The notes under the pieces were generated by a model. The model made no database searches. It was given only the letters and a program-made list of their open reading frames with translations, and was not told the origin of the DNA. This document shows, one piece after another, positions 1-13,265 of a DNA stretch of 64,000 nucleotides (positions within the stretch are counted from its first letter, which is position 1; every line of letters starts with the position of its first letter). This DNA is from Dendrobates tinctorius. Taxonomy: Eukaryota. Both the position numbers and the translations under genes were made by a program. The stretch covers positions 17,546,001-17,610,000 of the forward strand of contig NW_027361739.1 of NCBI RefSeq assembly GCF_039654945.1, read 5' to 3'.

Positions 1-361
1 GATTCTCAACGCTGCAAAGCCTGCCCCCATCGTGACATTACCGCCCTACTGATGTGATAGCATCGGGCCTCCATCTAGTTTTTAATAAGAGGTAAATTCC
101 AAAGCCGGTTGTTACTGCAATTTTAGCCATTTATGATGAGAGGAAATCCCATTTAAAGGGAAGGTGTAAATGTCCTCCACCTCTAGCAGGAAGTAACACA
201 GATTTGCTGGAGGAATTGTTGGCATCCAAGTCTCTGGAGCGTCAAGTATGTATAAGAATAAGTGCCATTACGCTGCACCCTGATTACTGAAGGAGACGCC
301 CAGATTATTTCCCAATCTCTCCGGTGACGCCATTCATTTATGTAGATGTCCGCACTTCTTA

Positions 362-477
362 AGGCCCCGTCACACTAAACGATGTCCCAGCGATCCCACC
401 AACAATCCGACATGATGGGATCGCTGGGACATCGTTAAGCTGATCGCTAGCGAGATCGCTTAGTGTGACGGGGCCTT
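362..477. mobile_element. Short TTAA-targeting MITE (T2/Kolobok-like)
   Basis: Terminal inverted repeats AGGCCCCGTCACACTAA / TTAGTGTGACGGGGCCT; TTAA on the left; related copies at ~27830, ~45175 and ~61065. Confidence 0.7.
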
Positions 478-1415
478 TATACAGTGGGGTCTACAGATCC
501 CACCGGGGTCCGCTGACAACTGAAGCTTCAATGATTAATGAAAACCTGTCCTTTGTTTCCCTAAGTGATAAGCAGCTACCTCCACCCCTGTGCAGCTTAT
601 CTCCATACATGTTTGTGACATTGGGAAGATGGCTGCTGGCCAGATAACTATTTTGCAATCTGGAGTTTGGAAAATAGAAAAGTATGCTTTGCTAAAACAG
701 CGCCACACTTGTCAACAGGCTGTGTGTGGTATTGCAGCTTAGCTTTATTCATTCAGATCTAACTAGTGTTACAATAGCAAATCATTTGTTTTGAGTGTTT
801 CTTTGGATTCTGCAACTTGTTGGCAATGTTTGTGCTGGACTTTAGCTAGTACTATGGATCCTTCTGCCTAGGGATCAGGTGGATGTAAAGAGATCCCTAC
901 TGATCAGATGCACTATCAATGGCTATGGTGAGAATCCTTAAAAGGAAACCGGACACCAGTACGAGGTATGGGCACAATAGGGTTCACTAGCTACCAGCAA
1001 GAGAGCTAGAAAAATCTCATCTCTCCCCACTGTGAGCCTGCCAGCAACACCGAAACTTGTGACGTGACTCGCTGCCCGCACAGATTAATAGTGCGGCGCT
1101 TATTGTGCCCCCCCCCGTCACATCGTGTTCTAGAATCACACCAGAGATGTAGATTCTAGATATTTTATACCCGTAGGAGTGTCTGAATATTTGTGAGGCG
1201 CCCTTTAAATATCACTCGTGTCATCTTTCCGTGGTGAGAGGTTAGTCGTCGCCCTGTGTGGGTTTTGGTTGCAGCCGCCGTTCACCTTTCAGCACTTAGT
1301 GGGACATTACACTCATTTGCTGGAAAAGTGCAGTCACATTGGTGAAGGGGAGCCGCCCCTGTGTGTTATATGCCTCTGCAAGACTGAGGATTAAAGGGCC
1401 ACACGTCCTAAAGTC

Positions 1416-3696
1416 AGCCACAGCTGTATCGGAGAAGCCCTGCACAGGATATGCTGAGACTTGTAGTTCTACCACAGCTGTATCTGAGAAGCCCTGCACA
1501 GGATATGCTGGGACTTGTAGTTCTATCACAGCTGTATCTGAGAATCCCTGCACAGGATATGCTGGGACGTGTAGTTCTGCCACAGCTGTATCTGAGAAGC
1601 CCTACACAGGATATGCTGGGGCTTGTAGTTCTACTACAGCTGTATCTGAGAAGCCCTGCACAGGATATGCTGGGGCTTGTAGTTCTACTACAGCTGTATC
1701 TGAGAATCCCTGCAAGGATATGCTGGGACGTGTAGTTCTACCACAGCTGTATCTGAGAAGCCCTGCACAGGATATGCTGGGACGTGTAGTTCTGCCACAG
1801 CTGTATCTGAGAAGCCCTGCACAGGATATGCTGGGACGTGTAGTTCTGCCACAGCTGTATCTGAGAAGCCCTGCACAGGATATGCTGGGACGTGTAGTTC
1901 TGCCACAGCTGAATCTGAGAAGCCCTGCACAGGATATGCTGGGACGTGTAGTTTTGCCACAGCTGTATCTGAGAAGCCCTGCACAGGATATGCTGGGACG
2001 TGTAGTTCTACCACAGCTGTATCTGAGAAGCCCTGCACAGGATATGCTGGGACGTGTAGTTCTGCCACAGCTGTATCGGAGAAGCCCTGCACAGGATATG
2101 CTGAGACTTGTAGTTCTACCACAGCTGTATCTGAGAAGCCCTGCACAGGATATGCTGGGACGTGTAGTTCTGCCACAGCTGTATCTGAGAAGCCCTGCAC
2201 AGGATATGCTGGGACATGTAGTTCTACCACAGCTGTATCTGAGAAGCCCTGCACAGGATATGCTGGGACGTGTAGTTCTGCCACAGCTGTATCGGAGAAG
2301 CCCTGCACAGGATATGCTGAGACTTGTAGTTCTACCGCAGCTGTATCTGAGAAGCCCTGCACAGGATATGCTGGGACTTGTAGTTCTATCACAGCTGTAT
2401 CTGAGAAGCCCTGCACAGGATATGCTGGGATGTGTAGTTCTGCCACAGCTGTATCTGAGAAGCCCTGCACAGGATATGCTGGGACGTGTAGTTCTGCCAC
2501 AGCTGTATCTGAGAAGCCCTGCACAGGATATGCTGGGAGGTGTAGTTCTGCCACAGCTGTATCTGAGAAGCCCTACACAGGATATGCTGGGACGTGTAGT
2601 TCTACCACAGCTGTATCTCAGAAGCCCTGCACAGGATATGCTGGGACTTGTAGTTCTACCACAGCTGTATTTCAGAAGCCCTGCACAGGATATGCTGGGA
2701 CTTGTAGTTCTACCACAGCTGTATCTCAGAAGCCCGGTACAGGATATGCTGAAACTTGTAGTTCTGGCATAGCTGTATCTCAGAAGCCATGCACATGATA
2801 TGCTAGGACTTGTAGTTCTACCACAGCTGTATCTGAGAAGTCCTGCACAGGATATGCTGGGACTTGTAGTTCTACCACAGCTGTATCTGAGAAGCCCTGC
2901 ACAGGATATGCTGGGACTTGTAGTTCTACCACAGCTGTATTTCAGAAGCCCTGCACAGGATATGCTAGGACTTGTAGTTCTTCCACAGCTGTATCTGAGA
3001 AGCCCTGCACAGGATATGCTGGGGCTTGTAGTTCTACCACAGCTGTATCTGAGAAGCCCTGCACAGGATATGCTGGGGCTTGTAGTTCTACTACAGCTGT
3101 ATCTGAGAATCCCTGCACAGGATATGCTGGGACGTGTAGTTCTACCACAGCTGTATCTGAGAAGCCCTACACAGGATATGCTGGGGCTTGTAGTTCTACT
3201 ACAGCTGTATCTGAGAAGCCCTGCACAGGATATGCTGGGGCTTGCAGTTATACCACAGCTGTATCTGAGAAGCCCTGCACAGGATATGCTGGGACGTGTA
3301 GTTCTACCACAGCTGTATCTGAGAAGCCCTGCACAGGATATGCTGGGACTTGTAGTTCTACCACAGCTGTATCTGAGAAGCCCTGCACAGGATATGCTGG
3401 GACTTGTAGTTCTACCACAGCTGTATCTGAAAAGCCCTGCACAGGATATGCTGGGACTTGTAGTTCTTCCACAGCTGTATCTGAAAAGCCCTGCACAGGA
3501 TATGCTGGGGCTTGTAGTTCTACCACAGCTGTATCTGAGAAGCCCTGCACAGGATGTGCTGGGACTTGTAGTTCTACCACAGCTGTATCTGAGAAGCCCT
3601 GCACAGGATGTGCTGGGACTTGTAGTTCTACCACAGCTGTATCTGAGAAGCCCTGCACAGGATATGCTGGGACTTGTAGTTCAATCACAGCTGTAT
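1416..3696. repeat. 54-bp minisatellite, ~42 copies, in CTSZ intron 1
   Basis: Unit CCACAGCTGTATCTGAGAAGCCCTGCACAGGATATGCTGGGACTTGTAGTTCTA; 18-aa periodicity in the ORF track. Confidence 0.97.
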
Positions 3697-3747
3697 GTGA
3701 AGTCTTTTTTCTATCCCATCATCTACTGCCCTGGCTGCGGTACCTAC

Positions 3748-3860
3748 CTCACTCCAAAGTTGCCTCTGGATACTGGTTTATAGCAGTGCTGACCCTCCTG
3801 AAAGTAGAGCCCCCCATGAACCCAGGAGATGAGGGCACAAAGCAGGACAAGTCTGTACAT
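3748..3860 (-). CDS. CTSZ: Cathepsin Z (X) coding exon 1 (signal peptide and short propeptide); remaining exons lie beyond the window start
   Basis: MYRLVLLCALISWVHGGLYFQEGQHCYKPVSRGNFGV(R) resembles the human CTSZ N-terminus (GLYFRRGQTCYRP); donor AG|GTAGGT at 3747; divergent from TUBB1 as in other vertebrates. Confidence 0.88.
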
Positions 3861-3980
3861 GGTGAAGGACAGGCGATGTCTCGTGATAGGAAGAGAACGG
3901 ATACAAACCAGCGGAACCTTCCCCCATTGCTGAATCACCAGCGAGGGTTCATCCTGAATCAGGGATAGGTCATTGTGAGT

Positions 3981-4020
3981 GACTGAGGGAGGGGCGGGGA
4001 CTGAGGGAGGGGGCGGGGAC
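3981..4020. promoter_or_regulatory. Tandem GC boxes (Sp/KLF), putative CTSZ proximal promoter
   Basis: GACTGAGGGAGGGGCGGGG occurs twice, 120-160 bp upstream of the CTSZ ATG. Confidence 0.5.
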
Positions 4021-4088
4021 TGGGGTGATTTCCCGGCACATTGATTACACAAAGAATTCCTCTTCTGCAATCTGCACTGGTCACATCT

Positions 4089-7000
4089 GACTGTGGGGGC
4101 TGCACGGAGGGTCTGGGATGACAGCTGTGGGGGGCTGCACGGAGGGTCTGGGATGACTGCTGTGGGGGGTTGCACGGAGGGTCTGGGATGATAGCTGTGG
4201 GGGCTGCACGGAGGGTCTGGGATGATAGCTGTGGGGGGCTGCACGGAGGGTCTGGGATGATAGCTGTGGGGGCTGCACGGAGGGTCTGGGATGACAGCTG
4301 TGGGGGCTGCACGGAGGGTCTGGGATGACAGCTGTGGGGGCTGCACGGAGGGTCTGGGATGACAGCTGTGGGGGCTGCACGGAGGGTCTGGGATGACAGC
4401 TGTGGGGGCTGCACGGAGGGTCTGGGATGATAGCTGTGGGGGGCTGCACGGAGGGTCTGGGATGACAGCTGTGGGGGGCTGCACGGAGGGTCTGGGATGT
4501 CTACTGTGGGGGGTTGCACGGAGGGTCTGGGATGATAGCTGTGGGGGCTGCACGGAGGGTCTGGGATGATAGCTGTGGGGGGCTGCACGGAGGGTCTGGG
4601 ATGATAGCTGTGGGGGCTGCACGGAGGGTCTGGGATGACAGCTGTGGGGGGCTGCACGGAGGGTCTGGGATGACAGCTGTGGGGGGCTGCACGGAGGGTC
4701 TGGGATGATAGCTGTGGGGGCTGCACGGAGGGTCTGGGATGATAGCTGTGGGGGCTGCACGGAGGGTCTGGGATGATAGCTGTGGGGGGCTGCACGGAGG
4801 GTCTGGGATGATAGCTGTGGGGGCTGCACGGAGGGTCTGGGATGATAGCTGTGGGGGCTGCACGGAGGGTCTGGGATGATAGCTGTGGGGGCTGCACGGA
4901 GGGTCTGGGATGACAGCTGTGGGGGCTGCACGGAGGGTCTGGGATGACAGCTGTGGGGGCTGCACGGAGGGTCTGGGATGACAGCTGTGGGGGCTGCACG
5001 GAGGGTCTGGGATGACAGCTGTGGGGGCTGCACGGAGGGTCTGGGATGACAGCTGTGGGGGCTGCACGGAGGGTCTGGGATGATAGCTGTGGGGGGCAGC
5101 ACGGAGGGTCTGGGATGACAGCTGTGGGGGCTGCACGGAGGGTCTGGGATGACAGCTGTGGGGGCTGCACGGAGGGTCTGGGATGATAGCTGTGGGGGGC
5201 AGCACGGAGGGTCTGGGATGACAGCTGTGGGGGCTGCACGGAGGGTCTGGGATGACAGCTGTGGGGGCTGCACGGAGGGTCTGGGATGACAGCTGTGGGG
5301 GCTGCACGGAGGGTCTGGGATGACAGCTGTGGGGGCTGCACGGAGGGTCTGGGATGACAGCTGTGGGGGCTGCACGGAGGGTCTGGGATGATAGCTGTGG
5401 GGGGCAGCACGGAGGGTCTGGGATGATAGCTGTGGGGGCTGCACGGAGGGTCTGGGATGATAGCTGTGGGGGCTGCACGGAGGGTCTGGGATGACAGCTG
5501 TGGGGGCTGCACGGAGGGTCTGGGATGACAGCTGTGGGGGCTGCACGGAGGGTCTGGGATGACAGCTGTGGGGGCTGCACGGAGGGTCTGGGATGACAGC
5601 TGTGGGGGCTGCACGGAGGGTCTGGGATGATAGCTGTGGGGGGCAGCACGGAGGGTCTGGGATGACAGCTGTGGGGGCTGCACGGAGGGTCTGGGATGAC
5701 AGCTGTGGGGGCTGCACGGAGGGTCTGGGATGACAGCTGTGGGGGCTGCACGGAGGGTCTGGGATGACAGCTGTGGGGGCTGCACGGAGGGTCTGGGATG
5801 ACAGCTGTGGGGGCTGCACGGAGGGTCTGGGATGATAGCTGTGGGGGGCAGCACGGAGGGTCTGGGATGATAGCTGTGGGGGGCTGCACGGAGGGTCTGG
5901 GATGACAGCTGTGGGGGGCTGCACGGAGGGTCTGGGATGACAGCTGTGGGGGGGCTGCACGGAGGGTCTGGAATGATAGCTGTGGGGGCTGCACGGAGGG
6001 TCTGGGATGATAGCTGTGGGGGCTGCACGGAGGGTCTGGGATGACTGCTGTGGGGGGTTGCACGGAGGGTCTGGGTTGATAGCTGTGGGGGGCTGCACGG
6101 AGGGTCTGGGATGATAGCTGTAGGGGCTGCACGGAGGGTCTGGGGTGATAGCTGTGGGGGGCTGCACGGAGGGTCTGGGATGATAGCTGTGGGGGGCTGC
6201 ACGGAGGGTCTGGGATGACTGCTGTGGGGGGTTGCACGGAGGGTCTGGGTTGATAGCTGTAGGGGCTGCACGGAGGATCTGGGATGATAGCTGTAGGGGC
6301 TGCACAGAGGGTCTGGGGTGATAGCTGTGGGGGGCTGCACGGAGGGTCTGGGATGATAGCTGTGGGGGCTGCACGGAGGGTCTGGGATGATAGCTGTGGG
6401 GGCTGCACGGAGGGTCAGGGATGACAGCTGTGGGGGCTGCACGGAGGGTCTGGGATGACAGCTGTGGGGGGCTGCACGGGGGTCTGGGATGATAGCTGTG
6501 GGGGATGGCACGGTGGGTCTGGGGTGATAGCTGTGGGGGGCTGCACGGAGAGTCTGGGATGATAGCTGTGGGGGCTGCACGGAGGGTCTGGGATGATAGC
6601 TGTGGGGGGCTGCACGGAGGGTCTGGGATGACTTCTGTGGGGGGCTGCACGGAGGGTCTGGGATGACAGCTGTGGGGGGCTGCACGGAGGGTCTGGGATG
6701 ATAGCTGTGGGGGGCTGCACGGAGGGTCTGGGATGATAGCTGTGGGGGGCAGCACGGAGGGTCTGGGATGATAGCTGTGGGGGGCTGCACGGAGGGTCTG
6801 GGATGATAGCTGTGGGGGGCTGCACGGAGGGTCTGGGATGATAGCTGTGGGGGGGCTGCACGGAGGGTCTGGGATGATAGCTGTGGGGGGCAGCACGGAC
6901 GGTCTGGGATGATAGCTGTGGGGGGCTGCCAGGAGGGTCTGGGATGATAGCTGTGGGGGGCAGCACGGACGGTCTGGGATGATAGCTGTGGGGGGCTGCC

Positions 7001-10000
7001 AGGAGGGTCTGGGATGATAGCTGTGGGGGGCTGCACGGAGGGTCTGGGATGATAGCTGTGGGGGGCTGCACGGAGGTTCTGGGATGATGGCTGTGGGGGG
7101 CAGCACGGAGGGTCTGGGATGATAGCTGTGGGGAGCTGTGCGGGGGTCTGGGATAATAGCTGTGGGGGGTGGCACGGAGGGTCTGGGATGATAGCTGTGG
7201 GGGGCTGTGCGGGGGTCTGGGATGACAGCTGTGGGGGGTTGCTGCAAGGAGGGTCTGGGATGACTGCTGTGGAGGACGGCATGGAGGGTTTGGGATGATA
7301 GCTGTGGGGGCTGCGCGGGGGGTCTGGGATGACAGCTGTGGGGGGCTACACGGAGGGTCTGGGATGACTATTGTGGAGGACGGCACGGAGGGTCTGGGAT
7401 GACAGCTGTGAGGTGCTGCACGGGGAGTCTGGGATGATAGCTATGGGGGCTGCACGGATGGTCTGGGACGATAGCTGTGGGGGGCTGCACGGAGGGTCTG
7501 GGACGATATTTGTGAGGGGCTTCATAGAGGGATTGGGACGATAGCTGTGGGGGGCAGCACGAACGGTCTGGGACGACAGCTGTGGGGGGGCTGCACGGAG
7601 GGTCTGGGACGACAGCTGTGGGGAGCTGCCCGGAGGGACTGGGAAGACAGCTGTGTAGGACGGCACGGAGGGTCTGGGATGACAGCTGTGGGGGGCTGCA
7701 CAGAGGGTCTGGGATGATAGCTGTGGGTGGTGGCACGGAGGGTCTGGGATGATAGCTGTGGACGGCTGTGCGGGGGTCTGGGATGACAGCTGTGGGGGGT
7801 TGCTGCAAGGAGGGTCTGGGATGACTGCTGTGGAGGATGGCACGGAGGGGTTGGGATGATAGCTGTGGGGGCTGCGCGGGGGGTTTGGGATGACAGCTGT
7901 GGGGGGCTACACGGAGGGTCTGGGATGACTATTGTGGAGGACGGCACGGAGGGTCTGGGGTGACAGCTGTGGGGGGTTGCACGGAGGGTCTGGGGTGATA
8001 GCTGTGGGGGGGCTGCATGGAGGGTCTGGGATGATGGCTGTAGGGGCTGCACGGAGGGCCTGGGTTGATAGCTGTGGGGGGTGGCACGGAGGGTCTGGGA
8101 TGACAGCTGTGGGGGGTGGCACGGAGGGTCTGGGATGACAGCTGTGGGGGGTGGCACGGAGGGTCTGGGATGACAGCTGTGGGGGGTGGCACGGAGGGTC
8201 TGGGATGATTGCTGTGTGGGCGGCACGTAGGGTCTGGGATGACAGCTGTGGGGGGTGGCACGGAGGGTCTGGGATGATAGCTGTGGGGGGCTGCACGGAG
8301 GGTCTGGGATGACAGCTGTGGGGGGTGGCACGGAGGGTCTGGGATGATAGCTGTGGGGGCTGCACGGAGGGTCTGGGATGATAGCTGTGGGGGGTGGCAC
8401 GGAGGGTCTGGGATGATAGCTGTGGGGGGTGGCACGGAGGGTCTGGGATGATAGCTGTGGGGGGCTGCACGGAGGGTCTGGGATGATAGCTGTGGGGGGT
8501 GGCACGGAGGGTCTGGGATGATAGCTGTGGGGGGTGGCACGGAGGGTCTGGGATGATAGCTGTGGGGGCTGCACGGAGGGTCTGGGATGATAGCTGTGGG
8601 GGCTGCACGGAGGGTCAGGGATGACAGCTGTGGGGGCTGCACGGAGGGTCTGGGATGACAGCTGTGGGGGGCTGCACGGGGGGTCTGGGATGATAGCTGT
8701 GGGGGGCTGCACGGGGGGTCTGGGATGATAGCTGTGGGGGATGGCACGGAGTGTCTGGGATGATAGCTGTGGGGGCTGCACGGAGGGTCTGGGATGATAG
8801 CTGTGGGGGGCTGCACGGAGGGTCAGGGATGACTTCTGTGGGGGGCTGCACGGAGGGTCTGGGATGACAGCTGTGGGGGGCTGCACGGAGGGTCTGGGAT
8901 GATAGCTGTGGGGGCTGCACGGAGGGTCTGGGATGATAGCTGTGGGGGCTGCACGGAGGGTCTGGGATGACAGCTGTGGGGGGCTGCACGGAGGGTCTGG
9001 GATGATAGCTGTGGGGGGCTGCACGGAGGGTCTGGGATGATAGCTGTGGGGGGCAGCACGGAGGGTCTGGGATGATAGCTGTGGGGGGCTGCACGGAGGG
9101 TCTGGGATGATAGCTGTGGGGGGCTGCACGGAGGGTCTGGGATGATAGCTGTGGGGGGGCTGCACGGAGGGTCTGGGATGATAGCTGTGGGGGGCAGCAC
9201 GGACGGTCTGGGATGATAGCTGTGGGGGGCTGCCAGGAGGGTCTGGGATGATAGCTGTGGGGGGCAGCAAGGACGGTCTGGGATGATAGCTGTGGGGGGC
9301 TGCCAGGAGGGTCTGGGATGATAGCTGTGGGGGGCTGCACGGAGGGTCTGGGATGATAGCTGTGGGGGGCTGCACGGAGGTTCTGGGATGATGGCTGTGG
9401 GGGGCAGCACGGAGGGTCTGGGATGATAGCTGTGGGGGGCTGTGCGGGGGTCTGGGATAATAGCTGTGGGGGGTGGCACGGAGGGTCTGGGATGATAGCT
9501 GTGGGGGGCTGTGCGGGGGTCTGGGATGACAGCTGTGGGGGGTTGCTGCAAGGAGGGTCTGGGATGACTGCTGTGGAGGACGGCATGGAGGGTTTGGGAT
9601 GATAGCTGTGGGGGCTGCGCGGGGGGTCTGGGATGACAGCTGTGGGGGGCTACACGGAGGGTCTGGGATGACTATTGTGGAGGACGGCACGGAGGGTCTG
9701 GGATGACAGCTGTGAGGTGCTGCACGGGGAGTCTGGGATGATAGCTATGGGGGCTGCATGGATGGTCTGGGACGATAGCTGTGGGGGGCTGCACGGAGGG
9801 CCTGGGTTGATAGCTGTGGGGGGTGGCACGGAGGGTCTGGGATGACAGCTGTGGGGGGTGGCACGGAGGGTCTGGGATGACAGCTGTGGGGGGTGGCACG
9901 GAGGGTCTGGGATGACAGCTGTGGGGGGTGGCACGGAGGGTCTGGGATGATTGCTGTGTGGGCGGCACGTAGGGTCTGGGATGACAGCTGTGGGGGGTGG

Positions 10001-13000
10001 CACGGAGGGTCTGGGATGATAGCTGTGGGGGGCTGCACGGAGGGTCTGGGATGACAGCTGTGGGGGGTGGCACGGAGGGTCTGGGATGATAGCTGTGGGG
10101 GGTGGCACGGAGGGTCTGGGATGACAGCTGTGGGGGGCTGTGCGGGGGTCTGGGATGACAGCTGTAGGGGGTTGCTGCAAGGAGGGTCTGGGATGACTGC
10201 TGTGGAGGACGGCATGGAGGGTTTGGGATGATAGCTGTGGGGGCTGCGCGGGGGGTCTGGGATGACAGCTGTGGGGGGCTGCACGGGGGGGTCTGGGATG
10301 ATAGCTGTGGGGGATGGCACGGTGGGTCTGGGGTGATAGCTGTGGGGGGCTGCACGGAGAGTCTGGGATGATAGCTGTGGGGGCTGCACGGAGGGTCTGG
10401 GATGATAGCTGTGGGGGGCTGCACGGAGGGTCAGGGATGACTTCTGTGGGGGGCTGCACGGAGGGTCTGGGATGACAGCTGTGGGGGGCTGCACGGAGGG
10501 TCTCGGATGATAGCTGTGGGGGGCTGCACGGAGGGTCTGGGATGATAGCTGTGGGGGGCAGCACGGAGGGTCTGGGATGATAGCTGTGGGGGGCTGCACG
10601 GAGGGTCTGGGATGATAGCTGTGGGGGGCTGCACGGAGGGTCTGGGATGATAGCTGTGGGGGGCAGCACGGAGGGTCTGGGATGATAGCGGTGGGGGCTG
10701 CACGGAGGGTCTGGGATGACAGCTGTGGGGGCTGCACGGAGGGTCTGGGATGATAGCTGTGGGGGCTGCACGGATGGTCTGGGATGACAGCTGTGGGGGC
10801 TGCACGGAGGGTCTGGGATGACAGCTGTGGGGGCTGCACGGAGGGTCTGGGATGATAGCTGTGGGGGGCTGCACGGAGGGTCTGGGATGATAGCTGTAGG
10901 GGGCAGCACGGAGGGCCTGGGATGATAGCTGTGGGGGGCTGCACGGAGGGCCTGGGATAGCTGTGGGGGGCTGCACGGAGGGTCTGGGATGACAGCTGTG
11001 GGGGGGCTGCACGGAGGGTCTGGAATGATAGCTGTGGGGGCTGCACGGAGGGTCTGGGATGATAGCTGTGGGGGCTGCACGGAGGGTCTGGGATGACTGC
11101 TGTGGGGGGTTGCACGGAGGGTCTGGGTTGATAGCTGTGGGGGGCTGCACGGAGGGTCTGGGATGATAGCTGTGGGGGGCTGCACGGAGGATCTGGGATG
11201 ATAGCTGTAGGGGCTGCACAGAGGGTCTGGGGTGATAGCTGTGGGGGGCTGCACGGAGGGTCTGGGATGATAGCTGTGGGGGCTGCACGGAGGGTCTGGG
11301 ATGATAGCTGTGGGGGCTGCACGGAGGGTCAGGGATGACAGCTGTGGGGGCTGCACGGAGGGTCTGGGATGACAGCTGTGGGGGGCTGCACGGGGGGTCT
11401 GGGATGATAGCTGTAGGGGATGGCACGGTGGGTCTGGGGTGATAGCTGTGGGGGGCTGCACGGAGAGTCTGGGATGATAGCTGTGGGGGCTGCACGGAGG
11501 GTCTGGGATGATAGCTGTGGGGGGCTGCACGGAGGGTCTGGGATGACTTCTGTGGGGGGCTGCACGGAGGGTCTGGGATGACAGCTGTGGGGGGCTGCAC
11601 GGAGGGTCTGGGATGATAGCTGTGGGGGGCTGCACGTAGGGTCTGGGATGATAACTGTGGGGGGCAGCACGGAGGGTCTGGGATGATAGCTGTGGGGGGC
11701 TGCACGGAGGGTCTGGGATGATAGCTGTGGGGGGCTGCACGGAGGGTCTGGGATGATAGCTGTGGGGGGGCTGCACGGAGGGTCTGGGATGATAGCTGTG
11801 GGGGGCAGCACGGACGGTCTGGGATGATAGCTGTGGGGGGCTGCCAGGAGGGTCTGGGATGATAGCTGTGGGGGGGCAGCACGGACGGTCTGGGATGATA
11901 GCTGTGGGGGGCTGCCAGGAGGGTCTGGGATGATAGCTGTGGGGGGCTGCACGGAGGGTCTGGGATGATAGCTGTGGGGGGCTGCACGGAGGTTCTGGGA
12001 TGATGGCTGTGGGGGGCAGCACGGAGGGTCTGGGATGATAGCTGTGGGGGGCTGTGCGGGGGTCTGGGATAATAGCTGTGGGGGGTGGCACGGAGGGTCT
12101 GGGATGATAGCTGTGGGGGGCTGTGCGGGGGTCTGGGATGACAGCTGTGGGGGGTTGCTGCAAGGAGGGTCTGGGATGACTGCTGTGGAGGACGGCATGG
12201 AGGGTTTGGGATGATAGCTGTGGGGGCTGCGCGGGGGGTCTGGGATGACAGCTGTGGGGGGCTACACGGAGGGTCTGGGATGACTATTGTGGAGGACGGC
12301 ACGGAGGGTCTGGGATGACAGCTGTGAGGTGCTGCACGGGGAGTCTGGGATGATAGCTATGGGGGCTGCACGGATGGTCTGGGACGATAGCTGTGGGGGG
12401 CTGCACGGAGGGTCTGGGACGATATTTGTGAGGGGCTTCATAGAGGGATTGGGACGATAGCTGTGGGGGGCAGCACGGACGGTCTGGGACGACAGCTGTG
12501 GGGGGGCTGTACGGAGGGTCTGGGACGACAGCTGTGGGGAGCTGCCCGGAGGGACTGGGAAGACAGCTGTGTAGGACTGCACGTAGGGTCTGGGATGACA
12601 GCTGTGGGGGGCTGCACAGAGGGTCTGGGATGATAGCTGTGCGGGGTGGCACGGAGGGTCTGGGATGATAGCTGTGGACGGCTGTGCGGGGGTCTGGGAT
12701 GACAGCTGTGGGGGGTTGCTGCAAGGAGGGTCTGGGATGATGGCTGTAGGGGCTGCACGGAGGGCCTGGGTTGATAGCTGTGGGGGGTGGCACGGAGGGT
12801 CTGGGATGACAGCTGTGGGGGGTGGCACGGAGGGTCTGGGATGACAGCTGTGGGGGGTGGCACGGAGGATCTGGGATGACAGCTGTGGGGGGTGGCACGG
12901 AGGGTCTGGGATGATTGCTGTGTGGGCGGCACGTAGGGTCTGGGATGACAGCTGTAGGGGGTGGCACGGAGGGTCTGGGATGATAGCTGTGGGGGGCTGC

Positions 13001-13265
13001 ACGGAGGGTCTGGGATGACAGCTGTGGGGGGTGGCACGGAGGGTCTGGGATGATAGCTGTGGGGGGTGGCACGGAGGGTCTGGGATGATAGCTGTGGGGG
13101 CTGCACGGAGGGTCTGGGATGATAGCTGTGGGGGGTGGCACGGAGGGTCTGGGATGATAGCTGTGGGGGGTGGCACGGAGGGTCTGGGATGATAGCTGTG
13201 GGGGGTGGCACGGAGGGTCTGGGATGATTGCTGTGTGGGCGGCACATAGGGTCTGGGATGATAGT
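4089..13265. repeat. G-rich 34-36-bp minisatellite, ~9.2 kb (~260 copies), with higher-order blocks
   Basis: Unit GGGATGA(T/C)AGCTGTGGGGG(G)CTGCACGGAGGGTCT; variant blocks recur at kb scale. Confidence 0.98.

Noticed and set aside
1296-3783. Long repetitive ORFs on both strands (QDMLGRVVLPQLYLRSPA and similar)
   Set aside because: Translations of the 54-bp minisatellite in CTSZ intron 1; the unit length is a multiple of 3 and lacks stops in several frames
1416-13265. CRISPR-like repeat arrays
   Set aside because: Head-to-tail repeats without unique spacers, eukaryotic context and no cas genes
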